From: Octopus sinensis | Taxonomy: Eukaryota | Reading direction: 5' to 3' | NCBI RefSeq assembly: GCF_006345805.1 | Contig: NC_043005.1 | Location: 96,348,001-96,412,000, forward strand | Length of the DNA: 64,000 nucleotides | Shown: piece after piece, positions 1-12,199 of the stretch | How the letters are laid out: the number at the start of each line of letters is the position of its first letter | Numbering within the stretch: the first letter of the stretch is position 1 | Program-made: the position numbers and the translations under genes | The notes under the pieces: generated by a model | Database searches by the model: none | What the model was told of the DNA's origin: nothing | Seen by the model: the letters and a program-made list of their open reading frames with translations, nothing else

Positions 1-42
1 GGAGGAAAAGAACTACTTTAACATCTTGAATATAAATGCTAG
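1..42 (+). CDS. NPRL3: Candidate 3' end of an upstream NPRL3 coding exon (EEKNYFNILNINA-R)
   Basis: Open frame from position 2 ending AG|GTAACC at 42/43. Phase 2 matches the acceptor at 1356. Homology is weak and the exon is cut by the window edge. Confidence 0.4.
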
Positions 43-331
43 GTAACCTTGTAAACTAAAGGTTTGTGGGTTCAAATCCTGCAACATTTATTTTATTGCA
101 GCTTAGGGAAAGGACAGCAATCAATTAGTTCCTGTCTTCAACAATCATTTTGTTGTAATATTGAACAAACACACCACTTTTTTTGGAAAAATTGTTTAAT
201 GGCTTAATTAGAGGAGGAATATAGCATCCCTGGCCCTTTTGCAGGGTGGGATTGTGGGTTAGAGATGAAGTTATCTTCAACCAGAACCCTGGCCTAAATG
301 TTTGCTATCATGTCAATGTTCTGCTAATATT

Positions 332-553
332 TATTTCTTTATTACCCACAAGGGACTAAACATAGAAGGGACAGACAAAGGTATTAAGTCAATTACATCG
401 ACCCCAGTGCGTAACTGGTACTTAATTTATCGACCCCGAAAGGATGAAAGGCAAAGTCGACCTTGGCGGAATTTGAACTCAGAACGTAACGGCAGACGAA
501 ATACCGCAAAGCATTTTACCCAGCGCACTAACGTTTCTGCCAGCTCGCTGCCT
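332..553 (-). mobile_element. tRNA-derived SINE family 1 (GGCGGCGAGCTGGCAGAAAC...)
   Basis: A-box/B-box-like head (TGGCAGAAACGTTAG, GAGTTCAAATT) and A-rich end. Copies at 15426-15652 (-), 20768-20998 (+), 49314-49540 (+); decayed copies near 16000, 26222, 26476, 36170. Confidence 0.85.
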
Positions 554-995
554 TCTGCTAATATTGTTGTGTTGCATGCAATTTACATGTTTATATAAGA
601 CTATTTAAAGTGGCTACTAGTTCAATGTCAGAATTGGCTGTTCAGTTGAACAAAGCTTCTAGAGATCATGTACATCTATGGCATTATTTGGTTAAACACT
701 GTATAACATGACATTGGGATTGCTAGTTAATCATAACAAACTCCCACTTGATGACCAGATATGACAGAGGCTTTGCTGCTAGAGCAAGAATGAAAGAACC
801 TCTGAATATTGGCGCTAGCATGAAAGCCAGCAATCTTGGTTTATGATGTCAGCAAAGAGGTACTTGAACAACTAATGTGAATGGAAAGGTTTTATCAAGA
901 ATGCTTTCGCAAGACATTCATACTGTATTATTATTGTCAATAACACTAACCACAGCTGAAACTAGTAAAAAACTAAAAGAACAAAGAATTTTTTT

Positions 996-1223
996 TTAAC
1001 CCTTTTGTTACCAACCCGGCTGAAACCGGCTCTGGTTCTGAGTACAAATGTCTTGTTTTTATAAGTTATGAATTAAAATCTTCCACCAAACCTTAGTCAC
1101 AATTTATGTTCCTAACACTAGCTCAATGATAACTATGTTATTTTACTAAATTCTTTGTTGTATTTTAAGTAATTGAAAGAAACAAAGAACATCTCAAAAT
1201 AAATACAGTAACGAAAGGGTTAA
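996..1223. mobile_element. piggyBac-type MITE (about 220 bp), copy 1
   Basis: TTAA|CCCTTTTGTTAC...GTAACGAAAGGG|TTAA. Confidence 0.88.
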
Positions 1224-1355
1224 GTGACCTTTGATGTTTGAAACTTGTATTACCAAACTGGGCATTGAAAGAATGTGATTTTAATCTACAAATTTTTTCT
1301 ACTATTTTCTGTTCCTCGTTTCTTTATTTCTTTCAAGTAATTTTTTTTTTTCCAG

Positions 1356-1548
1356 GAGCCACAATATTGTGGGTTTCAATTTTCAGAACCTTGGTACTTT
1401 ACTTGCTGCTGATACCATCCTCTGTGGGAAACGGTTTGATGTTAAAATTAAAGATGTCCGTTTTGTTGGCTATCCACTCCATCTCAACAACCCAAACAGC
1501 AAACATGTACAGACTATACAGTCCTTTAATGTGGTCATTGTTTTAAAA
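1356..1548 (+). CDS. NPRL3: NPRL3 exon (SHNIVGFNFQNLGTLLAADTILCGKRFDVKIKDVRFVGYP...FNVVIVLK)
   Basis: Poly-T/CCAG acceptor, AAA|GT donor. Matches human NPRL3 CGQKFELKIDNVRFVGHP...FNVVFALR. Confidence 0.95.
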
Positions 1549-2214
1549 GTAAATACTTTTGTGTCAATATTTTTCTATGCTACTTCTTAATATTCTCTAC
1601 TAATATTATCTGCAATATGCGTCCAACTCTCTCCATTCTTCTCTCTTTGTTTCATCTCTGTTTCGTTAAAATGCTGGAAGGTTGTTTAATTGGCTGAATG
1701 AGTAGACGTTCATAGTAAGTTTAACTGTCCATGTATGAAATTGTATGGAATAATATATATATATGTATATTTTATCATTTATTTATTATTGGCCTAATTT
1801 GACAGTGAGACACCAATGGATATGGCTCTATATATTTATTAACATAACCCACATTGTATTGGTAATTGAGTAATTAGCATTTTATAGGACTTTAATTCAA
1901 CCCCACTGCAGGCCTCTCTTTATATTTCAAGTAAATCATTTAATCTTACTCTTTTCAGTTTTTGCTGAACCCCAGGTCGGTCCTGTTTTGAGCAAACTTG
2001 TTATTGGGGAGTTTCAGACATAGCATATCTAGGACTGCTTTATTAATTGGGTCTTTTCTAAGGGAAATCTAGAAGCTTCTTATATCGGGGACTGATGCTC
2101 ACTTATACCAGTTCATCTTACTGGTAGGAACAGATACTAAACCTGAGAGATATCACATTGAAACAAAGATATCTGTCTTTCATGTGGAATGAATTAAGCA
2201 CTAACCTTTTGAAA

Positions 2215-2530
2215 TCATCATCATCATCATTTAACGTCCGTTTTCCACGCTAGCATGGATTGAACAGTTCGACCGGGGTCTGGGAAGCCAGGACGCTGCA
2301 CCAGGATCCAGTCTAATCTGGCAGAGTTTCTACAGCTGGATGCCCTTCCTAACGCCAACCACTCCGTGAGTGTAGTGGGTGTTTTTTACGTGCCACCAGC
2401 ACAGGGGCCAGAGCAGGCTGACAAACGGCCACCATTGGTTGGTGCTTTTACGTGTCACCGACACGGACGCTAGTCAGGCGGCGCTGGCATCTGCCACGTT
2501 CGGACAGTGCTTTTTACCTGTCACTGGCAT
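2215..2530 (-). mobile_element. RTE-tailed SINE/short RTE 3' copy (representative of about 18 copies)
   Basis: CATCATCAT-TTAACGTCCG-TTTCCA-GCTAGCATGG...GGATGCCCTTCCTAACGCCAACC. Other copies near 5023, 13010, 17432, 18700, 20553, 21975, 33205, 43344, 43973, 44828, 48460, 56272, 58995. Confidence 0.85.
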
Positions 2531-2783
2531 GTCTTAACTACAATTTGCATGGGTGTCTTACTTTGTAAAATATTAGCAACCATTTGTATATGCATTCCAT
2601 TAGTGGTACCATTTCATTTTTTTTGTCTCAAATTGGTGCTTCTAATGTCAAGCATCAATTGTATTAAGGTCTTAACTGTTATTTCATCATTTGTAAATAT
2701 ACTCAAGCAATAATAATGTCCAAATGAAGAATTCTCTCCCATTACAGTTTTATAGCAACTGATACTTATTTTTTTTTCAAAAG

Positions 2784-2934
2784 GCATGTGTTGATACGAC
2801 AGTAGTGAACTATTACCAGGATCTTGCAAAGCAAATCACTGTTGCTATTCGTCATGAAGAATGCCGCTGTAATTACTTGGCTCAGCAAGCCAAAGCGATG
2901 CAACAAGTCCATGATGAATCACCTTTCAGTGAAG
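2784..2934 (+). CDS. NPRL3: NPRL3 exon (ACVDTTVVNYYQDLAKQITVAIRHEECRCNYLAQQAKAM...SPFSE)
   Basis: AAAG| acceptor, GAAG|GTAACT donor, 151 nt, phase 0 to 1. Matches human LQHEERRCQYLTREAK. Confidence 0.95.
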
Positions 2935-5755
2935 GTAACTCTATTTTTACTTATTCAAACCATAACTGTCTGCAAGTGCTGTAGGACAGGCAAGCCCCCA
3001 GTATTGGTGCTACAAATTGGTTTCAATTTCTGGGTATATCTATTTCACTATTTTTTTAATCCTTTTTTGTTATTATTTGGCAGTAAGCTCATAGAATCCT
3101 TACAGTGTCAGAAATATTGCTTTGCATTATTTCTTCCTGCTCCATACTTGCTGATTTTAAAATCCTGCTGATTTCAGCTTTGCCTTTCGTTCTTTTGGGG
3201 CTGAGAAAATAAAATACCAGTTAAATAATGGAAATGATGGGATCAACTAATCCCCTCCTCGGAATTTCAGGCTTTGTATCTTATTTAGAAACAATTATTA
3301 TTTGACAGAATTGGTAGAACATCAAGAGAAACTACCTTGCAGTATTTAAAGCAGCTCAGAGGTTAACTTAGCTTTTTATCCTTTCAGAGCTAAAAGAATA
3401 AAGTACTGGAGTGAATGATATTGACAAACACTCTGCCCACTCCCACTCCTTGCTAAAATTTCAGCCTTTCTAAGTTAAAAGACTTATTCGTAGTTATTAT
3501 ACAGTTACTTATAATTATTATATAAAAACAGTTAAAAGAAGAGAAGCAGGGTTAATGCTGTTATTGTCAGTTTGAATCACATCAGATGATGGCTGAGCAT
3601 AAGTTCTACAGAGTTGCAATTTTGAGATGAAATGTATAGTGAAGTAAATCTCATGTAATGAATGCAAAAACTAATTTCTGTCTGTCAGTGTGTCACACTT
3701 CAGCCTCCTCTCTCACTATTCATTGACACTTTTACTATTGCTCATACTGGGGTGAGAGTAATAGTAGGTATAGAGATGGTGAGGGTATTGGCAAAGACAG
3801 ACAGGGGGAGAGAGAGAAAGAAAAAGAGAGACAAAGAAATTTAGGGAGAGTTGATGTTTTTATTAAAATTAGTAGTGTTGATGGTGGCAGTTGGAGTAAT
3901 AATAAGAGAGAGAGAAAGAGGGACTGAACACTGAACCAGCATGGTGAACTAACATACTGAACACTGATGGTAATGTGTATGAGCTGTAGTTGTGATAGAG
4001 GCAGAGATGGTGGTGGTAGTAGCGGAGGCTGTTAGGGATGACTGAGAGTAAGTGATGTGAAAGACAGTGGTGATGGTGGTGGAGGGGAAGGCGGCGAAGT
4101 CAAAGGTATTGATGGTGGTGGCGTCAGAAGTTTGAATGGTATGTGTGTATGGCAGATGTGGTGGCGGTACTGTTGTTTATCATACAGCTTTGCAATAAAT
4201 TCCAAGTCAACAAATTATTTCATTGTTTTGATGAAAATTGTTCATTGCTTGAAAAATATTGTTCAAGTTTAATAAAATTTGATATGTACTCAATGCATGA
4301 AGTGTCATTGTTGAGTCCAAGGCCCAATGAAGGGCCTTCCACAGGAGCTAGCTTAAAAGCCACCCAAATAGGGCAGCTTTTAAGCTAGTGCTAACATGTT
4401 TGTGGCAAGACTAACTTTAATTAATCAATTAAACTATAGCAGTGTCTAAAAGTAAATGAAAGGTAAGGGAGGCAACTCGGAAGAAAAAAAAAAGAGGAAA
4501 ATTTTAAATGATTTGATGGTCCAGAGACCACAACTTCCAGTTCATTGAAATTGGAAATAGGTAATATGGAGGCGTGGCTGTGTGGATAGGCATGACTGTG
4601 TGGTAAGACGTTTGCTTCCCAACCACATGGTTCTGGGTTCAGTCCCACTGTGTGACATCGTGAGCAAGTGTCTTCTACTATAACACCAGGCCAGCCAAAG
4701 TCTTGTGACTGGATTGGATAGATGGAAACTGAGAGGAGCCCATTGTGTGTATATATGTGTGGTGTATCTCCTTGACATTGTGAGATAGTTGTGAATAAGT
4801 GTCACTGACGTACCAGCAGTGTCATTCATCTCCAATATTCTGTGTGAACCTGTTTGGCCATGAGGAAATATTACCTTGCTTGGGATCAGGTGACAGATAG
4901 GATCCAGCAATCCATGAAAGCATGGAAAAGTGAATAGTATCTAATAATGATGATGAGTGACAACTCCAAACATGTATTTGTCTGATTCTTCAGCATAGTA
5001 TAATCTTTAACATGTGGCTATATCATCATCATCATCGTCTAATGTCCACTTTCCATGTTAGCATAGGTTGGACAATTTAACTGAGGGCTGGCGAACCAGA
5101 CGGCTGCACCAGGCTCCAATCTTGATCTGGCAGAGTTTCTACAGCTGGATGCCCTTCCAAACACCAAGATGCCCTTCCTAACGCCAGGATGCCCTTCCTA
5201 ACGCCAGGATGTCCTTCCTAACACCAGGATGCCCTATGGAATCAGAGAAATATTTCTGCATGCTGGTATAGCAAATTAACATTTGCTAATGGCTTCAAAG
5301 AATGTTGGAAGTGAATATCACAAATTTCCTTTTTAACTTCTGAAATCAATTGAGTCAGCTACTCATTGATTGATTCCCCTCATTCTGTGATCACGTTATC
5401 CATTGTTTCCATTTTCTTTAGGTCTGTAGGTTATGGCTTGACTACTATATCTAGCAGGTTGATTGACCATATAGCAGTTGTCTTCCATGGCACTTTAGGC
5501 GTGGCTCTGTGGTAAGAAGCTTGCTTCCCAACCACATGGTTCTGAGCTCAGTCCCACTGCATGGCACCTTGGGCACGTGTCTTCTACTATGGTTTTGGGC
5601 TGACCAAAGTCTTGTGAGTGGATTTGGTAGGCAGAAACTCAAAAGAAGCTCATTGTGTGTGTGTGTGTATATATATGTATATATATATATATATATATAT
5701 AGTGAATTGAAGAAATGGAGTTGAACGAAGATTGAACAGAAATCGTTTTATTGCA

Positions 5756-5835
5756 TTCTACACGTGTTTCGAAAGGCACAATTTACCAAATTCCGATTGA
5801 ATAAGGAGACCATATTGTGTCTTTCTCTTCAGGAA
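5756..5835 (-). ncRNA. Mirror copy of family A hammerhead
   Basis: Exact reverse complement of 5999-6078 in the left arm of the palindrome. Confidence 0.75.
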
Positions 5836-5998
5836 GAAATAGGAAATCCGTTGGAAAAAACAAAAACAGAACAGAGGCGGAGCAAAACAAATCGAACGAG
5901 GCTCCTAAAGTTTGGCCATGGGCTCTTAGGAGCCTCGTTCGATTTGTTTTGCTCTGCCTCTGTTCTGTTTTTGTTTTTTCCAACGGATTTCCTATTTC

Positions 5999-6078
5999 TT
6001 CCTGAAGAGAAAGACACAATATGGTCTCCTTATTCAATCGGAATTTGGTAAATTGTGCCTTTCGAAACACGTGTAGAA
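5999..6078 (+). ncRNA. Type I hammerhead ribozyme motif, family A
   Basis: UUC-CUGAAGA-[GAAAGACACAAU/AUUGUGCCUUUC stem II]-GAAA-CACGUG-UA-GAA. Palindromic ACACGUGU stem III. AATAAA follows at 6082. Confidence 0.75.
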
Positions 6079-6332
6079 TGCAATAAAACGATTTCTGTTC
6101 AATCTTCGTTCAACTCCATTTCTTCAATTCACTAATAATATTAAAATTCAATTATCCGCACCAACGCACGGTTGCAACACCATAGGGTTGTACCTCCAAC
6201 CGTGCTGTCTTCTGCTGTGATTTTTGCTACCAAGGTATCGGTTAAACTTTTGATTAATCTGCAACAAGATTATTCATCTTTCTATTTCACAAAATATATA
6301 TATATATATATATATATTTATTATATAGAAGG

Positions 6333-6383
6333 AGCTTCTACAGGACTAGAACTGTTTCATTCAAGAGAAATCTTCAGGAAGCT
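6333..6383 (-). ncRNA. Mirror copy of family B hammerhead
   Basis: Identical reverse complement of 9957-10007. Confidence 0.8.
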
Positions 6384-6964
6384 AGTTAACAAGAATTGTA
6401 TTGGCATTTATACATTTAGGCAGGTTTAAAGGGGTGTTGGTGGGGGACTTTTTGGGGGTAGGCATAGCGCAAAATATCATACTTGGGGGAGTGGTCAAGG
6501 AGTCAGTGTTAAATTAGATAGAAGAATAAATAAAAAAATAAAAAAATCTATATATAAAAAAAAGGGGAATAGAGTTTTAGGTAAATAAGGAGATTCTCAC
6601 TTATACCTATGCACACATGTATACATACATACACACACATACAAACATATATACATATACATACACACATACATACACACATATATATATATATATATAT
6701 ACACTTACACATACACATACATATACATATCTACACATACACATATATGTATACATACACACACTCACATGCATACACGTATACACACATGTATATATAC
6801 ACACACGACCACACATACATATACGCACAGAAAATATATATACACATACACACACATACTCACATACACGCATACACACACATATCCACACACACACATG
6901 CACACACAGCACACTAGTCCCTATATACACATACACACACATATACACACACATACATACATAT

Positions 6965-6995
<31 letters not shown>

Positions 6996-7407
6996 CATAT
7001 GTGTACCTATGCATACCTACACATACACACATATATATACACATACAAATACAGACCCATTCCCTAATTTTAATTTTATTATCTTCGTTTATTACTTTTG
7101 TTATCTTTGGCCGCTTGGTCACAAACATCTTGGCTATGACAGCCAGTCCATTTATCTGTCTACTGGAAAACAAGCACTCATTCACTCACGCACACTCTTT
7201 TGCACGTATACTCACTCATTCGTACACTCATACACATACACGCACGCACGCGTTATATTCATACATACATACATCTACATACATTCACGTATATACACAT
7301 ACGTACGCGTACCTACAGATTCATGTCTACACTCTTAGAAGGCTAGTCTATATATATACACCAATAAATATAAATACACACACATACATATACACCTACA
7401 TACAAAT

Positions 7408-7438
<31 letters not shown>

Positions 7439-7531
7439 AAATATTATTAGAGACAAAACCACTATTTTGCAAAACAAACAAGGAAAGACTTAATCAATAC
7501 ATAAAATTTTAATAAATAGTCAAAAAAACCG

Positions 7532-7574
7532 CCACTACAATCGTTTCTTGTCTTGATCGACAATCTTCAGGTGG
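7532..7574 (-). ncRNA. Mirror copy of family C hammerhead
   Basis: Exact reverse complement of 7609-7651. Confidence 0.8.
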
Positions 7575-7608
7575 ACTTCCAATAAGTCAGTTTCGACTTA
7601 TTGGAAGT

Positions 7609-7651
7609 CCACCTGAAGATTGTCGATCAAGACAAGAAACGATTGTAGTGG
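7609..7651 (+). ncRNA. Minimal type I hammerhead ribozyme motif, family C
   Basis: CCAC-CUGAAGA-UUGUC gaucaa GACAA-GAAA-CGAUUG-UA-GUGG. ACGAUUGU is self-complementary with G.U pairs. Confidence 0.8.
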
Positions 7652-8193
7652 CGGTTTTTTTGACTATTTATTAAAATTTTATGTATTGATTAAGTCTTTC
7701 CTTGTTTGTTTTGCAAAATAGTGGTTTTGTCTCTAATAATATTTTATAATATTTTACTATAAAATTGGATTTAATCCTAAATCTGATTTTTTCCCTGTAA
7801 ATTTGGATTTATTCCCTAATATTTATTATATATATATATATATATATATATATTCACATATATATACACATATATATATATATATATATACACACACATA
7901 CGCATACACACACATATACATATATATACACTACACGCACATACACATGTACATGCGTACCCATACACACACATGCGTAAATTAATACATATATCTATGC
8001 TTACACATACACACGCACACACACACGCGCCTCCTTATATTCATACTTACATGCATACTCAAAAAATAAGTAAATAGTAAAATATATATACGCGCAGTTA
8101 TTCGTACATGCATACTCAAAAAATAAATAATAAATATTAAGTATATGTACGTGCAGTTACCTATTATATAGACGGATACATACATATAAACTT

Positions 8194-8264
<71 letters not shown>

Positions 8265-8741
8265 CATATATACGCACACACATACACACACACATATACA
8301 TACATATATATATACACACATACACATACATATATACATATATATACATACTTACACACATGTACATATAAATACACACATAGATAACTCTACGTACCTA
8401 CATATACATAAACACACGAGCGTATGCGTATATGTACATATACACATACACATACATACGCATATGTATACATACATACATACACATACACACAAGTATA
8501 CACACACACACATATACACATATATATACATACACGTATACATACATATATATATATATATACATATATATATACACATATACATATACATATGCACATA
8601 CACACACATATATACATGTGTGCAAACATACATACATTCTCATACAAGCACACACACTTACATTTACATATATACACACACTTACACACATATATACATA
8701 CACATATACATACATACATACATACATACGTATATGCATAC

Positions 8742-8774
<33 letters not shown>

Positions 8775-9149
8775 CATACATACATACACATACACATACC
8801 CATACATATATATACACACATATACACATACACATGCACATACTTATATCTCTACATACTCGCATATACATATATATATATATATATATATACATATACA
8901 CACACATACATATACCTATATACATGTATATATACACATACATATATATACACATCTACAATTTGTATCTACACTCACATACCTGCACAAACACATAACT
9001 CTACATACCTACATATACATCGACATACTCACGTACACTCATATATATACACATATATACATATACACACACACATACATATACATATACATACATATAC
9101 ATAAACATACACATACATAATACACATATACACACACATACATATATGC

Positions 9150-9217
<68 letters not shown>

Positions 9218-9956
9218 ATACATACATACATACACATATACATACATACACATATACATACATGTACATATACACATACACACACATATATATACACACA
9301 CACACATACATATATCAACAATTGAGGGTAAAGTTAATTAGTTATTAATCAATTTCACCAAGTATTCAGTATGTAAAAGGACCATTATTTTTATGAGTAA
9401 ACAATGTCTGAGGGAAAATATTCTCTAAGTAGTGGAAGAGGCTAAAAAACTTTTTTGGCTGCTATTTCTAGAAAGTTCAGTATGTGGCAAAGTAATTTAT
9501 TTTACTAAGCCCTAATTATATAATATTTTATACATACATACACATACATACACACATACATATACACATACATATGCATACACACATATATACATATATA
9601 CATATATACATACATACATCTATACATAGATACATACACACACACACACAGACGCACATACATATATATATATATATTTTTACATACATACACGCACACA
9701 CACACATAATACATGCGTATATTCCTACTATACCCATACATTTCTATACATATATACGATACACATATACAAGCGTGCACATAGATTTTTTTATTTTTTT
9801 ATTTTTTTATTTATTCTTCTATCTAATTTAACACTGACTCCTTGACCACTCCCCCAAGTATGATATTTTGCGCTATGCCTACCCCCAAAAAGTCCCCCAC
9901 CAACACCCCTTTAAACCTGCCTAAATGTATAAATGCCAATACAATTCTTGTTAACT

Positions 9957-10007
9957 AGCTTCCTGAAGATTTCTCTTGAATGAAACAGTTCTAGTCCTGT
10001 AGAAGCT
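9957..10007 (+). ncRNA. Type I hammerhead ribozyme motif, family B
   Basis: AGCUUC-CUGAAGA-U[UUC ucuu GAA]U-GAAA-CAG uucuaguc CUG-UA-GAAGCU. 6-bp stem I. AATAAA follows. Confidence 0.8.
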
Positions 10008-10121
10008 CCTTCTATATAATAAATTAATTTTACTCTGCTATGTATTGAGTACCTTATTTACTGTGGTTAACCCCGAATCAACCCGGGACCTACATATATA
10101 TATATATATGTATATATATAT

Positions 10122-11042
10122 GTATATTGCACTGGTATGGTCATGCAGTGAGAATGGATGAAGATAGGTGTGTGAGAAAGGGCCAATCCCTAGCAGTTGA
10201 GGGAGCCCGTGGAAGAGGTAGACCCAGGAAAACCTGGGACGAGGTGGTGAAGCACGACCTTCGTACTTTAGGCCTCACTGAGGAAATGACCAGCGACCGA
10301 GACCTCTGGAAGTATGCTGTACGTGAGAAGACCAGGCAGGACAAGTGAGCCCAGCCCACTTATGAATGCCTTTCCTCCCTTGGACACAAAGACTTGTTGA
10401 GGCAAGCGAAGTTGATATAGAACCTCATCCGACGACAGGCACCCATGCCAACCCCCTTTGCTTGCGAAGATATGTTGGGGCAAGCGAAATCGAAATCGAA
10501 TTGAACCAGCCAGGATCCCTGGTCTGGTGGTACGTAAAAAGCACTATCCGACTCGTGGCCGATGCCAGTGCCGCTCCACTGGCTTCCGTGCCGGTGGCAC
10601 GTAAAATACACCAATCCGACCGTACGACAGGCACCCATGCCAACCCCCCTTTGCTTGCGAAGACATGTTGGGGCAAGCGAAAGCGAAATCGAATTGAACC
10701 AGCCAGGATCCCTGGTCTGGTGGTACGTAAAAAGCACTATCCGACTCGTGGCCGATGCCAGCGCCGCCTCGACTGGCTTCCGTGCCGGTGGCACATAAAA
10801 TACACCAATCCGACCGTGGCCGTTTGCCAGCCTCGCCTGGCACCTGTGCAGGTGGCACGTAAAAAGCACCCACTACACTCACGGAGTGGTTGGCGTTAGG
10901 AAGGGCATCCAGCTGTAGAAACATTGCCAGTTAAGACTGGAGCCTGGTGCAGCCTTCTGGCTTCCCAGATCCCCGGTCGAACCGTCCAACCCATGCTAGC
11001 ATGGAGAACGGACGTTAAACGATGATGATGATGATGATGATG
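10122..11042 (+). mobile_element. RTE-type element 3' end with (GAT)n tail and internal 192-bp tandem duplication
   Basis: LHWYGHAVRMDEDRCV..GRGRPRKTWDEVVKHDL..DRDLW. Duplicated units start at 10432 and 10624. Similar long copies at 26680-27388 and 32090-32820. Confidence 0.85.
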
Positions 11043-11058
11043 TATATATATCTCTCTC

Positions 11059-11435
11059 TATATAAACGGCAGTTTGTCTGTGCGTGTTTCTGTGTGTCTG
11101 TTTTCTCGTACCCTCACCCTGACCACGGCTTTCAACCGATTCTGATGAAACTTGACACATACATAGCCCAATGTCATAATTCAAAACTAACGCAGCGAAA
11201 ATTTTGAAAAGTTCCCCCAGTTCTGAAAAAAATCGATAAATTCGACATAGGGTCGAGAATAAAAAAAACAAACCACAGACTGTCTAGGGGACGCAACTCA
11301 ACCTTTTTTTACTCTCAAAAAAAAATTACCATCATTTTTTTCCATTTTTTTTGCTATTTTTTGGCTATAACTCTCTAAAAATGCTTTATAGTTATTTCCC
11401 TTCAAACCTGAGCAACGCCGGGCGATACTGCTAGT
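11059..11435 (+). mobile_element. Non-autonomous Helentron/DINE-1-like element, copy 1
   Basis: TATATAAA start, (GTCT/GT)n, ACCGATTCTGATGAAACTT core, end GAGCAACGCCGGGCGATACTGCTAGT. Confidence 0.65.
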
Positions 11436-11982
11436 GTATATATATATATGTATATGTATATGTATACATATATATATATTTATATATATATATATATATA
11501 TATATAGTCCAACCCATGCTAGCATGGAAAACGGACATTAAATGATGATGATATATGCATGTGTGTCTGTGTTTGTCACTTGACAACCGATGTTGGTGTG
11601 TTTATGTCCCCATCGCCTAGTGGTTATAACCCATAGAAAAGTACTAGGCTTACAAAGAATAAGTTCCGGTGTTGATTTCTTTGACTAAAATCCTTTAAGG
11701 CGGTGCTCCAGCATGGCTGAAATCAAATGACTGAAACCAACAAAAGAATATTCCAAGTGTAGCACCTGGTCCTCAGGTGTCTTTACTGGAGTTCTCTCTG
11801 ATTTCTCAGAGGCACTGGAAAGGATCTTGGATGCAACCATTCTTCCATAGAAACCTGAAGCACTGTTGTTGTTGTTATTGTTTTTAAGGCCCAAATGAAC
11901 AATAGTATTCCAATCATGACCATCCTATCTTTTTGTATGTCCATAATTATATCAGCAAATATGTACCTTTTTTTTAATACAT

Positions 11983-12199
11983 TTAACCCTTTCGTTACTA
12001 TATTTATTTTGAGATGCTGTGTTTCTTTCAATTACTTTAAATATAACAAAGAATTTAGTAAAATAACTTAGTTAACATTAAACAAGTGTTAGGAACATAA
12101 ATTGCGACTAAGGTTTGGTGGAAGATTTTAATGCAAAACTTATGAAAACAAGACATTTGTACTACAGAGCCAGAGCCGGATTGGTAACGAAAGGGTTAA
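11983..12199. mobile_element. piggyBac-type MITE, copy 2 (opposite orientation)
   Basis: TTAA|CCCTTTCGTTAC...GTAACGAAAGGG|TTAA; internal sequence matches copy 1. Confidence 0.88.

Larger units (their letters stand above)
5700..6134. repeat. Near-perfect palindrome (209-bp arms, 17-nt spacer, 1 mismatch), PLE pLTR-like
   Basis: 5700-5908 is the reverse complement of 5926-6134. Abuts (TA)n on the left; a unique tail (6135-6295) continues on the right. Confidence 0.95.
7435..7748. repeat. Perfect palindrome (154-bp arms, 6-nt spacer AGTTTC)
   Basis: 7435-7588 is the reverse complement of 7595-7748. Right tail 7749-7825, flanked by (TA)n. Confidence 0.95.
6316..10024. repeat. About 240-bp inverted repeats (6316-6551 / 9781-10024) bracketing 3.2 kb of CA/TA mosaic microsatellite
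   Basis: Arms are identical except for one extra T7A unit. Each arm carries a family B hammerhead. Confidence 0.92.

Noticed and set aside
5764-6070. Mirror-image ORFs of 95 and 62 aa on both strands
   Set aside because: Artefact of the palindrome; no homology and no splice context.
6607-9831. Many long H/T/Y/I or V/C/Y/M ORFs (also at 54.6-55.1 kb and 56.9-59.5 kb)
   Set aside because: Translations of CA/TA microsatellite mosaics.
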